From the IMG/VR virus record IMGVR_UViG_3300017707_000587, positions 1 to 29,904 of that record: DNA of 29,904 nucleotides; one strand, written 5' to 3'. The notes beneath the pieces are model-generated. The model was not told the DNA's origin, did not search any database, and saw only the letters and a program-made list of their open reading frames with translations. The position numbers and the translations under genes were made by a program. Positions 5,788 through 16,088 of the stretch are shown here, one piece after another; position 1 is the stretch's first letter; the number at the start of each line of letters is the position of its first letter. The stretch is from a virus (lineage: Duplodnaviria > Caudoviricetes).

Positions 5788-6279
5788 TTATTTGCTCATC
5801 ATCTTATCCAACTGATCCTGCTTATTACGGCTGCCAATTGATGAACCGAAGTAATAACCAACAACTCCCATTGCAATAGTTGTAAGTGACCCAACAATAC
5901 CTGCAACTAACATCTCCTTTTCCTGTGGAATATCTTTGAACAGAATTGTGTACCACATCACGAAGCACGACCCCAACAGCAACAGCGCCAAGACTGGCTG
6001 AATGATCTTATTAATCAATGGTGCTTTATCGGAAGTTGCAATTTGAATCTCACGGTCACGCGCTGAATCCATGTCTTTCATCAGCGTTTCTAATTCAGAA
6101 TTCTGAGCCGATGCCATAGCCTCAATATGACGGTTTACTTCTTTGGTCACTTCCGCTTTGAACTCTTCTTTCTCCTGACCCGTCGTGATGAACTTATCGG
6201 CTACGTTGCCGACTGATTCCACGATGTTAGCCGCGCCCTGTGACGTGACCTTTCCGATAATGTTTGCGAAAAAACTCAT
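5788..6279 (-). CDS. Holin (3TM / GTA-holin-like)
   Basis: DKFITT..EK, D.DSARDRE and GYYFGSS motifs plus two C-terminal hydrophobic helices; last gene of the late operon. Confidence 0.75.
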   Translation of the reverse strand: MSFFANIIGKVTSQGAANIVESVGNVADKFITTGQEKEEFKAEVTKEVNRHIEAMASAQNSELETLMKDMDSARDREIQIATSDKAPLINKIIQPVLALLLLGSCFVMWYTILFKDIPQEKEMLVAGIVGSLTTIAMGVVGYYFGSSIGSRNKQDQLDKMMSK

Positions 6280-6704
6280 GCTTTTGTTATTTCAATTTCA
6301 AACTCCGTTCCTTCAGGCATGATCTGTATCAACTGCAACTCCATAACGGTTGACTGTATTACAGATTCAATACTACGTTTGCGCCCTACTAAAATGCAGC
6401 CTAATGAATCCTTGTTAGTATTGCCCTTATGGATCAATATACCGTCAAATGCAGGAACATTCAATAGACGTGGCAACAATCTCTTTTTAGACGGAGACAC
6501 GTTGACAATGCCTTTGTACTTACCATAAGGAATACAAGTCTGCCCCTTAACTTTCAGCCGCTTGTTTTCTTCCAATGGCAACGACTGATTCAATCCGCGA
6601 TCTTTGTCCTCCAATGTTTCGCAGAAGTATTTACCGTCTATGTACATCTTACCTAGTGTACAATTCTCCGTGAACGTATCGCGGACTACTTTGATCTGTA
6701 TCAT
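6276..6704 (-). CDS. DUF5675-family protein; candidate endolysin with an L,D-transpeptidase-like His/Cys motif
   Basis: TLGKMYIDGKYFCETLED, TCIPYGKY, VPAFDGILIHKGNTNKDSLGCILVG; flanked by membrane-protein genes. Confidence 0.75.
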   Translation of the reverse strand: MIQIKVVRDTFTENCTLGKMYIDGKYFCETLEDKDRGLNQSLPLEENKRLKVKGQTCIPYGKYKGIVNVSPSKKRLLPRLLNVPAFDGILIHKGNTNKDSLGCILVGRKRSIESVIQSTVMELQLIQIMPEGTEFEIEITKA

Positions 6705-7054
6705 TTCTTTCTAAATATTAGCCAGTACACAATGTTAAGACTTGCAAATACTACGAAGTCCATAGTACTATCCGTTTGGTTCTCATTCAATATGCAGTCG
6801 AATACGTCTTTCAATTGAAAGATTAGAAACGTACCCGAAACCAGATAAACCCACGATTCATTGTCGCGCTTATCCATCGGCACTAATCGCGCTAACGTCC
6901 AATAGAGCGGCAACAACGCCTTACTCATAAACATCGTTGCAGGATAGTAACGATAATACAACCATTCAGGATCGCATTTAAACCACTCCAGAACAACATA
7001 ACTGTTCTGAATCAGTATATCAATCAGGATGAATATGTAAATGCGTCTAATCAA
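6701..7054 (-). CDS. Multi-TM membrane protein (lysis region)
   Basis: Several hydrophobic segments; overlaps both neighbours. Confidence 0.6.
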   Translation of the reverse strand: MIRRIYIFILIDILIQNSYVVLEWFKCDPEWLYYRYYPATMFMSKALLPLYWTLARLVPMDKRDNESWVYLVSGTFLIFQLKDVFDCILNENQTDSTMDFVVFASLNIVYWLIFRKK

Positions 7055-7418
7055 GGTTTAAGTGCTTCTTAATCGCGTTAATGTCGCGGCTCTGGTCTTT
7101 CTGTATTTCCGAATGTTCCCGTTGTGCTTTCTCCGCTTCACCCAATCTCCTGAGTATTTCAGTATCGGATTCTTTCAACTGCTTAATATCTTTAGCAATA
7201 TCCTCAACCTTACCAACGGCATTCTCAATTCGCTCAACGTATTCGTTAAACTTCTTCGTAATCCAGTTGCCTATTAACTTAGCTATCCATCCGAATAGCA
7301 TAGTCAATAGTGCGACGAATAAATACCCTAAGTATTTAAGTCCTTCCTGTACTGCGTTGTCTTGTGCTTCAGCCATAATTTCTCTGTCTGAATCACTCAG
7401 GCAAAGGGTCTGTGCCAT
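7047..7418 (-). CDS. Single-TM plus coiled-coil protein (holin- or spanin-like)
   Basis: TM YLGYLFVALLTMLFGWIAKLIG followed by a heptad-rich charged tail. Confidence 0.65.
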   Translation of the reverse strand: MAQTLCLSDSDREIMAEAQDNAVQEGLKYLGYLFVALLTMLFGWIAKLIGNWITKKFNEYVERIENAVGKVEDIAKDIKQLKESDTEILRRLGEAEKAQREHSEIQKDQSRDINAIKKHLNLD

Positions 7419-7452
7419 TGTGGTTCGGTTTATGAATTACGATTGATTACGA

Positions 7453-7677
7453 TTACGCGTTTGGCTTCGGACGACGGGGGCTGCCTCCGATTGCAATGAT
7501 CGTGTTATCTGGCAAAGTGCCTTGTAATTTTGTCGGGTCGCTGATCGCGTCTGCAATTTCGTAAAGCGAATCCAGTTGATCGCTCAAATCGTCTTTGCTG
7601 ATCGTGTCTGGTAATGCGTGCCAGAATGAACCAGACGCAAGGAAGAGAGCCGTTTCTTGAATGTTGAATGTTGTCAT
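7453..7677 (-). CDS. Hypothetical protein
   Basis: 74-aa ORF co-oriented in the operon with an A-rich leader. Confidence 0.6.
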   Translation of the reverse strand: MTTFNIQETALFLASGSFWHALPDTISKDDLSDQLDSLYEIADAISDPTKLQGTLPDNTIIAIGGSPRRPKPNA

Positions 7678-7688
7678 GTTGTTTTAGT

Positions 7689-9281
7689 TTAAAATCCGTC
7701 TGCGATTATTTGTGTTGCTGCTAACTGAGCGTTGTTTTCAGTTCCTGATTTATCATAGTGAACTTCATCAACGTCAGTAGTAGAAGTGTCCGTATTAATG
7801 GTTCTGTAATATGTTGTATTTGTCAATCTAACTGCATCCTTTGCTGAGTTAATAGTTGACTTATACAGAAGAGTAGCCAAAGTCTGATTTGCTGATAATC
7901 TGAAATCGTAAAGATACGGGAACGTAAAGAACACTTGCTGAATCTTTGTGTCAAATACAGAATTAGCCTGACCTGTTAGCCAGTTAGTCCACGATGTTTG
8001 ATAAGCGTTAGCGTATGCCAGCGTCAATGAATCGGCTTCGCCCTGAATCCAAATGAATCGCATCTTATTGATCGTGTAACCGCCTGCAAGTTCCCACTCT
8101 TTCAATGCTGTTAAGTCATTGCTCAACTGTGTAAACTCGCCTCCTATTGGGTTGCGTGACCATGTAGGAGGATCGTTGGCTAAGTACGAACCGCCTTGTA
8201 CTTGCTTAAACACGTAAATTGTTTTTCTGAATTCACGATTAAGAAGATCTCCTAACTTAAACTCAATACCAAACTCATTACCACTTTGCGTGTCTGAGTA
8301 TTGGTTATTATTTATCGTCGAATTAATGTTTTCGAATCCTGTTCCGTTCCACACTTTCAGCCATTGCTTTTCACCTACATACTGCGAATCTAGTTCAGCC
8401 ATAGGAACGCGACCAGAAGCATTTGATTGACCGTGAATCATTACCACGGAAACCATTTTTAACGCTGGTGCGTCTGCGATCTGATCAGCTTGTACCATTC
8501 CAGAAGATGTGAATACAGCGCCTCCCACTAAGTCAGTCCATGTCCAGTTAGTTGAGAATGTAGCCGATCTGTCCGCAACCAAATACATAACCAATGATGA
8601 GTTCAGCGTTGTATTAGTTCGAATGTCAAACGGCACACGATTGTTATACAATTCCGTTACGTTAGCCTGTGATAAGTTTGTGTTGAATAACGCAAAGCTA
8701 CATACTGCTACATTAGCATAACTCGCAGCATCAGAACGACCAAGTATATTCATAACAGGAATAGAACCGCTAGAGTTAATAGCCGCTCCCATTGTTCCCG
8801 TCTGCGTTGTTGTTCCTGCAAATGGCAATCCGTTACGATAAACAGTTATGCGACTTGTTGCGGATAACGCTCCGTCATATACTACTGTAAAGTGATTCCA
8901 TTCACGCGTTTCTGTGATCGTTGCAGTAGATGAAAAAGATATTAAGTTCGTTGAACTTGAGTAAAAGTTAGCCTGAAAGTTATTTGTGTTATTGAAGAAC
9001 AATACGAATTGCCTCTGTGTTGTTGCAGAAGATTTATCGCGGCAAACAATAAACTGAGTAACGCCAGTAACCGTTCTTTTAACCCATACCGACATCGTGA
9101 ACTTATCGTTGCTTGCCGTGATCGCGTTATTGATTATTGTCGTAGATGTTGCGTCGCCACTAAATATGTTATTTGACGCGTCACCTTGAAATGATTTCAG
9201 CGCCCACGTGTTCGTAGTGTAGTCTAATACTACGTTACCTTCAGTAGGAAATCTTGTTAAAAAACTATTTACCCCGATCAT
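7689..9281 (-). CDS. Putative receptor-binding protein: LamG/ConA-like lectin plus SGNH carbohydrate esterase (SASA/CE6-like)
   Basis: LamG: FTMSVWVK, EWNHFTVVYDG, ITVYRNG, LSQANVTELYN. Esterase: HGQSNASG, QGGS, WIQGEAD, DEVH (DxxH). Confidence 0.8.
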   Translation of the reverse strand: MIGVNSFLTRFPTEGNVVLDYTTNTWALKSFQGDASNNIFSGDATSTTIINNAITASNDKFTMSVWVKRTVTGVTQFIVCRDKSSATTQRQFVLFFNNTNNFQANFYSSSTNLISFSSTATITETREWNHFTVVYDGALSATSRITVYRNGLPFAGTTTQTGTMGAAINSSGSIPVMNILGRSDAASYANVAVCSFALFNTNLSQANVTELYNNRVPFDIRTNTTLNSSLVMYLVADRSATFSTNWTWTDLVGGAVFTSSGMVQADQIADAPALKMVSVVMIHGQSNASGRVPMAELDSQYVGEKQWLKVWNGTGFENINSTINNNQYSDTQSGNEFGIEFKLGDLLNREFRKTIYVFKQVQGGSYLANDPPTWSRNPIGGEFTQLSNDLTALKEWELAGGYTINKMRFIWIQGEADSLTLAYANAYQTSWTNWLTGQANSVFDTKIQQVFFTFPYLYDFRLSANQTLATLLYKSTINSAKDAVRLTNTTYYRTINTDTSTTDVDEVHYDKSGTENNAQLAATQIIADGF

Positions 9282-9568
9282 TACACTAAGTTATAACAAA
9301 TTACAGAACCTGATGATAGTGTAATGGCTATAATTGCTGAGTTCTTGGGAGCAGAAATGAAAGCGCCAGCCTTCAATGTTTTGCCGTTAAGATTAGCCTG
9401 TGTTAGATAATTCGACGACGAATAACCTTCTGGTGTTCCGTTAAGAGTTAATGTAGTTATTACAGTATCTTCTTGTACGACAAATCCAAACCAATTACCA
9501 GTTTCAGCACCGTCTGATGAATTTACGTGAAACGCTCCACGCGCTCCTACAAGTCTTTCTATTGACAT
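9281..9568 (-). CDS. Small beta-rich virion protein
   Basis: Ends AITLSSGSVICY; located in the tail-fibre region. Confidence 0.6.
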   Translation of the reverse strand: MSIERLVGARGAFHVNSSDGAETGNWFGFVVQEDTVITTLTLNGTPEGYSSSNYLTQANLNGKTLKAGAFISAPKNSAIIAITLSSGSVICYNLV

Positions 9569-9586
9569 TTTATTTTGTTTTAGTAG

Positions 9587-10387
9587 TTATCTTCTTTTAC
9601 AAATTAAGTTAACGCGAACACCGCAACCAGTAGGATTAGTTACATACGCTGGAGCATCCCATCGTAAACAAAATGAATCGGACGCATTTACGTTTATATT
9701 TAATCCAGTTATTGTTGTAGTAATGTTTACAGTTGCAGACCCATTTGATTTAAAAGTACCTATAAGACTGGATGTATTTGCAGTGACATTTCTCAACTGA
9801 ATGGTATTGTCTTCTGTTGTTCCTGCCGCTGTATTTCCTCCTACCATAATAACCGCACCAACAACAGTGAAGTTATAACCGAAAATAATATCTTGGTTCG
9901 TATCTGTTGTACTTGGTGCTATACCTGCACCGCCAAAATAATACGTTGTCGAATCGGCTGGACTTAGCACGGCAGGATAAACAGGTATTACAAAGTACGT
10001 TTCGTAAGTTGTTTCAGGAACAGCACCGCCAGACGTGAACACTTGCCATCCTGAAGACTGTGTATAAATTAAATGCGATCCTGACGCTAGTGTTACTTTA
10101 ATTATCTGCGTTTCCGCTCCGCTGACATTCATATGAATCGACACAGTAGCATTCACAGTATCAAGATTCAGCACGTTTAGATAAGTAACTTCGCGTCTGA
10201 AAGTATCTGTAACATTTGGCACTAGAGTAACGGCAGTAGTATTATTTGTCTGTGTTACTGTCTGACCTGATGCGAATGAACTCGAAGGAGTATCTACCCA
10301 AGTAGCGACACACTTCAGTTGATTCGTTGTTACCGCTCCTGCTAGTACAACTTCAATACTTGTATTTACGTTATTGCTAAGTATCAT
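9587..10387 (-). CDS. Tail fibre / minor tail protein (start probably ATG 10387)
   Basis: T/S/V/G-rich beta composition; ATGA overlap with the upstream gene. Confidence 0.6.
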   Translation of the reverse strand: MILSNNVNTSIEVVLAGAVTTNQLKCVATWVDTPSSSFASGQTVTQTNNTTAVTLVPNVTDTFRREVTYLNVLNLDTVNATVSIHMNVSGAETQIIKVTLASGSHLIYTQSSGWQVFTSGGAVPETTYETYFVIPVYPAVLSPADSTTYYFGGAGIAPSTTDTNQDIIFGYNFTVVGAVIMVGGNTAAGTTEDNTIQLRNVTANTSSLIGTFKSNGSATVNITTTITGLNINVNASDSFCLRWDAPAYVTNPTGCGVRVNLICKRR

Positions 10388-11475
10388 CGTAATGGAGGAC
10401 AACAAAGTGATTTAATAAGACCCTGAAAACCGTTACGGAATTTCAACTCTACCTTCTGTTTTCTATTCCAGACTTTATCCTGATACGTTGGTTGATATGC
10501 AGACGCTTTAACAACTGGCAACTGACGGATATTATAGTCTGCGTTATTGATGTTGTAATCCGAAATCTGAACAGCATCAGCCATCATGCCGTAAACTTTC
10601 AGGCGATCATGACCGTCTTTACCCATGTAATTCAGATAGCACGAATACTCCAACACCGCCTCATCTTTTACGCGCTCCTGTTTTCCGTTCTGATATTCGT
10701 TCATGACTTCGATATACTCAGCGACAACTTCACGCCCGAAGAAACCGCGATAACGTCTGGAATCATACCAGCCAGTTAACTTTCCGCGCCCTCCGTCTTC
10801 TGGTATCGGAGCAAATCCGCACATATTGTAAACTTTTCCTTTGTAACCATACGCCCCGATCTGACCATTCAACAGCGTTTCAATTTTAATTGTGCCGTGC
10901 GCGTCGTCGCAATCGAATGGTGATAGATCGAATTCCTGAGAAATTAGGCAATCGTTAATGTCGCCCATCTCAGCATAAATTCGGATGCGGTAAATACCAC
11001 GCCCGAAAGCCTGATATACTTTGCCCCAATTAACTCGGACGCCTGAGTACGTCGGGTTATTTACGTTCGACCCTAGCGCCCAGTAATAGCCGTATGTGGT
11101 ATTCGCTAGCGACGTTTGATTCGTCCATGTGTCCGCGCCTGAACACTTCTGCAAATGCCAGTTTACGTTCAAAGTTCCCGTGTTCGCTGTGTACAGTTGG
11201 CAGTCCACTAGGAATGAACTAACGTCATTCTCATAGCTACCCAAATTACTCAGCGCGTAATCGTCGCCAGCGAATACTGTGATACGTTCGCAACATTCAT
11301 CAAGCGGATTAACGCGACACTCAGTATCTGTGCAATCGTATAGCGGCGTAAGTCCTGCGACTTGCACCATTGTAAGATAAGCCAACGGCACTCCACCGTT
11401 ACCACCTGTTTCGGTGTACGTAGAGCCGCCTATAACGTCACGCGGCACGGTTGTCGATGGTTTCTCTACGCTCAT
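10384..11475 (-). CDS. Cys-rich minor tail / tail-tip protein
   Basis: 363 aa, downstream of the tape measure gene; function by position. Confidence 0.55.
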   Translation of the reverse strand: MSVEKPSTTVPRDVIGGSTYTETGGNGGVPLAYLTMVQVAGLTPLYDCTDTECRVNPLDECCERITVFAGDDYALSNLGSYENDVSSFLVDCQLYTANTGTLNVNWHLQKCSGADTWTNQTSLANTTYGYYWALGSNVNNPTYSGVRVNWGKVYQAFGRGIYRIRIYAEMGDINDCLISQEFDLSPFDCDDAHGTIKIETLLNGQIGAYGYKGKVYNMCGFAPIPEDGGRGKLTGWYDSRRYRGFFGREVVAEYIEVMNEYQNGKQERVKDEAVLEYSCYLNYMGKDGHDRLKVYGMMADAVQISDYNINNADYNIRQLPVVKASAYQPTYQDKVWNRKQKVELKFRNGFQGLIKSLCCPPLR

Positions 11476-13946
11476 GTGCTGATGTATTTTTGTCCTAAAC
11501 GCGGAAGTATCAATACCATTTCATCCGATTCACCAAGATAGGTAGAATCAAAATAACCTTCAACGACTATTGATGTAATAACTCCAAGCGTTTCGTAAAT
11601 ATTTATTCTTAGATTCCCATTAGAATATGAACTTGCCGCAGAAGGCGCTACATCTGTTGCACTCCACGGCGAATCCTCTTCTGAATCCGTTTCAGTTGAT
11701 GCGAATCGCTGAGTAAATATCGAACCTCCAGATGTTGTAACAGCCAGCATACATCCGTAATATCCAGACGCGTCAGCAGTATTTGCGTAATCCGAGCCGC
11801 TAAATGATACTACCACTCTAGTTCTGCCATTTCTTTGAAGACAATTAATTAATTCTAAAGTGTCAGGATCGTAATACGTTATTGATTGTACTGGCGTTCC
11901 GCTTGCTCCCGTCCAGATAATTTGATCGGAAGTGTTGACGGTTATATCCGCATCAGAATAAAACTCAGTATCGTTACCGTCATTGTCAGTAACAACCGCC
12001 GTAAATCTCAGCACCAATGATACACCGTTAACGCCTGAATAGTTCGACCATTGCTGTGTGATGTTGCGGATGAACTTAGATATGTCTGGCGTTGTGTTCG
12101 TGCCGTTCTCGCTCAATACCTGCGCATCAAATGCAGACTGCCACCATTCGTAACGTAGCATTATACCGCATTGCAAATAGAAAGCCGCCTGTGTTGCGGT
12201 GTCTTCGGTATCGTCGCGGAGTAGCGCAAATATGTTTCTCGGATCGTTGTCGTAAGAAATCAATCCCTGATCATCTTCAATTTCAATCTGCTGAACGCCG
12301 TCAAGTTTACGGATCGAATCACATTGCACAACTTTTTCCTGCAACACAAAATCGTCATACCCAGTCTTCACCGCCAACACTTGTAACTTAACGGTTTTCA
12401 ATGTCGGCGTGTTTCCGTCTGCGTCCGATTGCTTATCAATAAGGAATGGAATCTTAACCATCCACCAATCACCCTCGAAACCGTTAATATCACCGACACC
12501 ATACACGCCAGTATCAGGATATTCATAGCAGTAAATACCGCTGCCGTTGAATTCAAATAGTGTTGTATCTTGTTTATCCCAGAACGCTGAATTGAAATCG
12601 CATAACACGACGTTTGATTTAGTCGCCTTTGTTTCGGTTACTGTTACGTCATCTGACGAAAATCCGAAAGCATACTTTCTATTCCCGTCGTCTTTCGTCT
12701 GCCAGTAAGCAATAAGCCACGCATTAGGCGTAACCGTTGCTACAATTGTAATCGTTTCCGCATCGTTACGCGTGAACGTACAGTTGCTCAGTAATTCACG
12801 ATCAGTACCGTACTGCATACCAGCGGCAGCGGCAGCACCGGTTAACGAAACAACGGTATCAAAGTTGAAATTATCAAGCATCGTTTCGTCTGGCGTGTTC
12901 TGATAATCGTCTGGCGAATCAGGGCAAAGATGGAAACTCAATAACACCTTCGTTGTTGTTGCGGTAAATAATCCGCTGCGAGATTTAACGACAATCGTTA
13001 CCACCGTCGGGTCAGTAACTGATAAGTTATCAACCGTTTCGCCTCCTGTTTCGTATGCAATTGATTGAAAATAATACTCAGGACGTGAACCGAAATTAGC
13101 TTCGTCGTACCATCCGCCGTTGCCGTTGTCCGATTCAAACGTGCCGACGTGATCTGGAACAGATGTATCAGGTGAAAAACGCGCTGCAATTTGTCCGACG
13201 TACTTTAGAGAACTACCGTAATTATAATAGTCTGGCGGTATGTTGTTTTCAAAATTGTCGAGTTGGTCAATAGTAAAAAAAGGCGTAATGTAGAATCGTT
13301 TGGTTATTGTAAACGCTTGCTTATAATCCGTCACGCCAGCACCGATAATTTCTATACCGTCACATTCACCAGTTGTTTCGTCAGCTAGTTTGAAGTTTAC
13401 CCATCCACGCGATTTTGATTTCACGTAAAACGAAACAGCATGAAGTGTATCGGTAGCATCTACACCCGTTGCCGTGATGCGCTGACGGTATGTAGTATCG
13501 ACCTTTGACAAATACGTCACTGCTTCATCATTGCCGATCATGTTGTAAGACAAATCAATCGTATCTACTGGCGTAACCCCGTGAATAGAAACCGATTCAA
13601 CCGTTTCAGAGTTCAAAGCCTCCGCAACCGTTAACGTGCGTCCGTCTTCGCTTATTGCAGTAATCGTGTAATCTCCGTCGTTAGTAGTAGAATCGACAAC
13701 TGTAATCGTATCGCCGACTTTAAATCCTTCATCAGTGAATGTACGCGTGTCGTAATCGTTCAGCATTTCAATAGTCTGAACGCCTGTCGTAAATTTCAAA
13801 CGTGCGTCTGTCAGATTCCATGCGATGTAAAAGTCAATCTCTACATCCATGCGCGATGTAACAGGCTGATTCGGATAGCTAGTGCCGCCGCCACCAGTTC
13901 CAGTCCATCGGTTGTAGAATCGTGTATCTGTTACCGTTACGCCCAT
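11472..13946 (-). CDS. Large acidic tail-tip / baseplate protein
   Basis: 824 aa, D/T-rich; GFKVGDTITV..ST.NDG.YTITA beta-barrel motif common in virion proteins. Confidence 0.6.
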   Translation of the reverse strand: MGVTVTDTRFYNRWTGTGGGGTSYPNQPVTSRMDVEIDFYIAWNLTDARLKFTTGVQTIEMLNDYDTRTFTDEGFKVGDTITVVDSTTNDGDYTITAISEDGRTLTVAEALNSETVESVSIHGVTPVDTIDLSYNMIGNDEAVTYLSKVDTTYRQRITATGVDATDTLHAVSFYVKSKSRGWVNFKLADETTGECDGIEIIGAGVTDYKQAFTITKRFYITPFFTIDQLDNFENNIPPDYYNYGSSLKYVGQIAARFSPDTSVPDHVGTFESDNGNGGWYDEANFGSRPEYYFQSIAYETGGETVDNLSVTDPTVVTIVVKSRSGLFTATTTKVLLSFHLCPDSPDDYQNTPDETMLDNFNFDTVVSLTGAAAAAGMQYGTDRELLSNCTFTRNDAETITIVATVTPNAWLIAYWQTKDDGNRKYAFGFSSDDVTVTETKATKSNVVLCDFNSAFWDKQDTTLFEFNGSGIYCYEYPDTGVYGVGDINGFEGDWWMVKIPFLIDKQSDADGNTPTLKTVKLQVLAVKTGYDDFVLQEKVVQCDSIRKLDGVQQIEIEDDQGLISYDNDPRNIFALLRDDTEDTATQAAFYLQCGIMLRYEWWQSAFDAQVLSENGTNTTPDISKFIRNITQQWSNYSGVNGVSLVLRFTAVVTDNDGNDTEFYSDADITVNTSDQIIWTGASGTPVQSITYYDPDTLELINCLQRNGRTRVVVSFSGSDYANTADASGYYGCMLAVTTSGGSIFTQRFASTETDSEEDSPWSATDVAPSAASSYSNGNLRINIYETLGVITSIVVEGYFDSTYLGESDEMVLILPRLGQKYIST

Positions 13947-14182
13947 TTCGATTTTTTGTAATGCTTTTTAGCCGTTTCAAATTCAGCGAACTCAATAAGA
14001 ATTGCGCCGTTTTTAAGTAGCGACATACTTACTGCATCGTTCCCAATCTTAGTAGGTTTTTTCTCCACCTCCATTGACTTGATACCGTTAGCCTCTGACA
14101 TTAGCTTTGATGCTTGCTTTGAAAGCGATTCGGCTAGCTTAGTGTATTGCTTAATGAAGTCGTTTGGATCGTTACTTTCCAT
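13937..14182 (-). CDS. Hypothetical protein
   Basis: 81-aa ORF overlapping both neighbours by ~10 nt. Confidence 0.55.
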   Translation of the reverse strand: MESNDPNDFIKQYTKLAESLSKQASKLMSEANGIKSMEVEKKPTKIGNDAVSMSLLKNGAILIEFAEFETAKKHYKKSKWA

Positions 14183-16088
14183 CTATGATAATTGTTTCTT
14201 GCAGGTTCGACGTAAAATTAACAAATTCTGACCAACTTGCATCACGAATTATGTTGTTATGCAAATCCCATTTTAACTCCCCTCTGAATTTGGCGGGTCG
14301 CCCATTAGGAGATATTGCCACGTTGCGATTTCTTAACAAGTTATAATCAGCGCAACAGAACGCAAACTGTCTGTTTTCGTAAATGAGTTGTTGGTTTCCG
14401 CGCGTTCCGAGATTCTTCCCGTGAAAATTGCTCATGAGTTTCTGTGCGCTCATAATCGTTTCTGACGCTGGCGAAATAATCCAGTCGTTACCCTGAGCCA
14501 TTCCAATGAATGTTTTTGGAACAGCAAAAGAATCATTCGTTAATTCCATCCACCCGATACGGTTGTTCAGGATATTTGTCGGTAAAGGCGGTATTGTCGG
14601 TACGGTTGCCGTGTTGCCGCCAAATAAACCGATTGCCCAGTTCAGAGCGTTGATAAGTCCGTTAACAAGTCCTGTAATTGTATTAGCAAGTACCGAAACA
14701 GCGTTAATAATCTGATTCACGGCTTTCTCTACGTTCGACAAATACGCCTTACGTTTCGCCAATGCTTCAGGCAACGTGATCTGAACGCCTTTCTGTTGGC
14801 TTCTGCGTTGTACGTTGTACGTTGTGATCGGACGCACCTGAACTTCACACGACGTACCCTTGTAACGGTGTACGGTATTCAATTCGGACTGGTCAATACT
14901 GAACGCCAGATAGTAATTTGCCGCCAGTTCTGATGCGTTTGTACGGCTAGGATCTGGCAGGTTAAACGTGTTTCCCTGTTCGTCAGTGTTCGGAATTGTC
15001 CATGATGCTGTGTTATTGAAGTAGTGAACCTCTTCAAAGAACAAAGTATTGTTTACGATCGACACTCCTGCGTTGTACTTCTGACACATACGCGCTATGA
15101 AGTCCGCGCAGTTTTCGTCCGGGTGTCCGTACACGCTGTTGTTATTCGGAAAGTTTACAGCTTCGTCAAATGGTCGGTCAAATACGTTTAACGGGTTGCT
15201 GTTTGACGGTATAACGGTCTTACGCGGCACGTGTGTCGCGTTGTAATACTGCGAAGACGGAGCGTAAATAGTGGAACTGAACCCTAGCCCTAAATACTGG
15301 CAGATGCGATTCCATGCTGTACGCTCCAGCATTCCTAACTTGTATTTTTTCGTTTGCCAGATGTTGTTGATAATCGCTTTTACCATGTTCACAATAGCGA
15401 TAATGATTGCTGCTAAGTACAATATGTAAAGCACGGTTTTGATTATCTCCGCAACGATCAGGGCAATGGTAGCTCCGACGGTTGCCGCCGTTGTTGTTGC
15501 CGCTCCGATCAGCGATTGAATCTGAGCTGGTATCTTTTCAATAAGTTCCTGCAATTCCTTCAGGATAATCACGTTACTAACTGCTAATAAAGCTATTTGC
15601 GTACCATCAGGAATGTAGGATAAACAGTAGGGGATTTTCTTATAATCCGTTGCTGGGTTTATTCTCCCCGCAGCGTTAGTCGGAAGCATAGCCAAAGCCG
15701 CGAATGAGATGCCGCCAGCTAGATCAGAAACTTGATCGGTTCGCCCTTTCTCCACACACGGGGCAATAACGCGGTCACATTCCCACTCCGCATTTGGTGC
15801 TGCAAGGTCAATGAAGCCGTCGAAGAATACTTCACCGCCTGAACACGGGGCAATTCTCAATCCTACTCCCTCATAAATTCCAGTGCCACCATTAAGACCA
15901 GCGGCGCGATATGCGTTCAGCTTCGTTGCTGTTTCCCCTACCCATTCGAGATTGAGATTCTGCAATGACGCGTTCGGCTGATCGTCCAGAAACAGGATCG
16001 AAATGATAATCCCTTTCCAGTTGCGCGGAGGCGGTACGGTTTGAAATCCCTGCCCGAAATCTAATTGAAAGTTCCAGTCGTTGTTCAT
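14172..16088 (-). CDS. Minor tail protein with long hydrophobic helices
   Basis: 638 aa; directly follows the tape measure gene (TAATG overlap). Confidence 0.6.
   Translation of the reverse strand: MNNDWNFQLDFGQGFQTVPPPRNWKGIIISILFLDDQPNASLQNLNLEWVGETATKLNAYRAAGLNGGTGIYEGVGLRIAPCSGGEVFFDGFIDLAAPNAEWECDRVIAPCVEKGRTDQVSDLAGGISFAALAMLPTNAAGRINPATDYKKIPYCLSYIPDGTQIALLAVSNVIILKELQELIEKIPAQIQSLIGAATTTAATVGATIALIVAEIIKTVLYILYLAAIIIAIVNMVKAIINNIWQTKKYKLGMLERTAWNRICQYLGLGFSSTIYAPSSQYYNATHVPRKTVIPSNSNPLNVFDRPFDEAVNFPNNNSVYGHPDENCADFIARMCQKYNAGVSIVNNTLFFEEVHYFNNTASWTIPNTDEQGNTFNLPDPSRTNASELAANYYLAFSIDQSELNTVHRYKGTSCEVQVRPITTYNVQRRSQQKGVQITLPEALAKRKAYLSNVEKAVNQIINAVSVLANTITGLVNGLINALNWAIGLFGGNTATVPTIPPLPTNILNNRIGWMELTNDSFAVPKTFIGMAQGNDWIISPASETIMSAQKLMSNFHGKNLGTRGNQQLIYENRQFAFCCADYNLLRNRNVAISPNGRPAKFRGELKWDLHNNIIRDASWSEFVNFTSNLQETIIIDGK

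Noticed and set aside
5598-5879. 93-aa + strand ORF
   Set aside because: Overlaps cassette 3, the terminal repeat, a terminator and the holin on the opposite strand; likely spurious.
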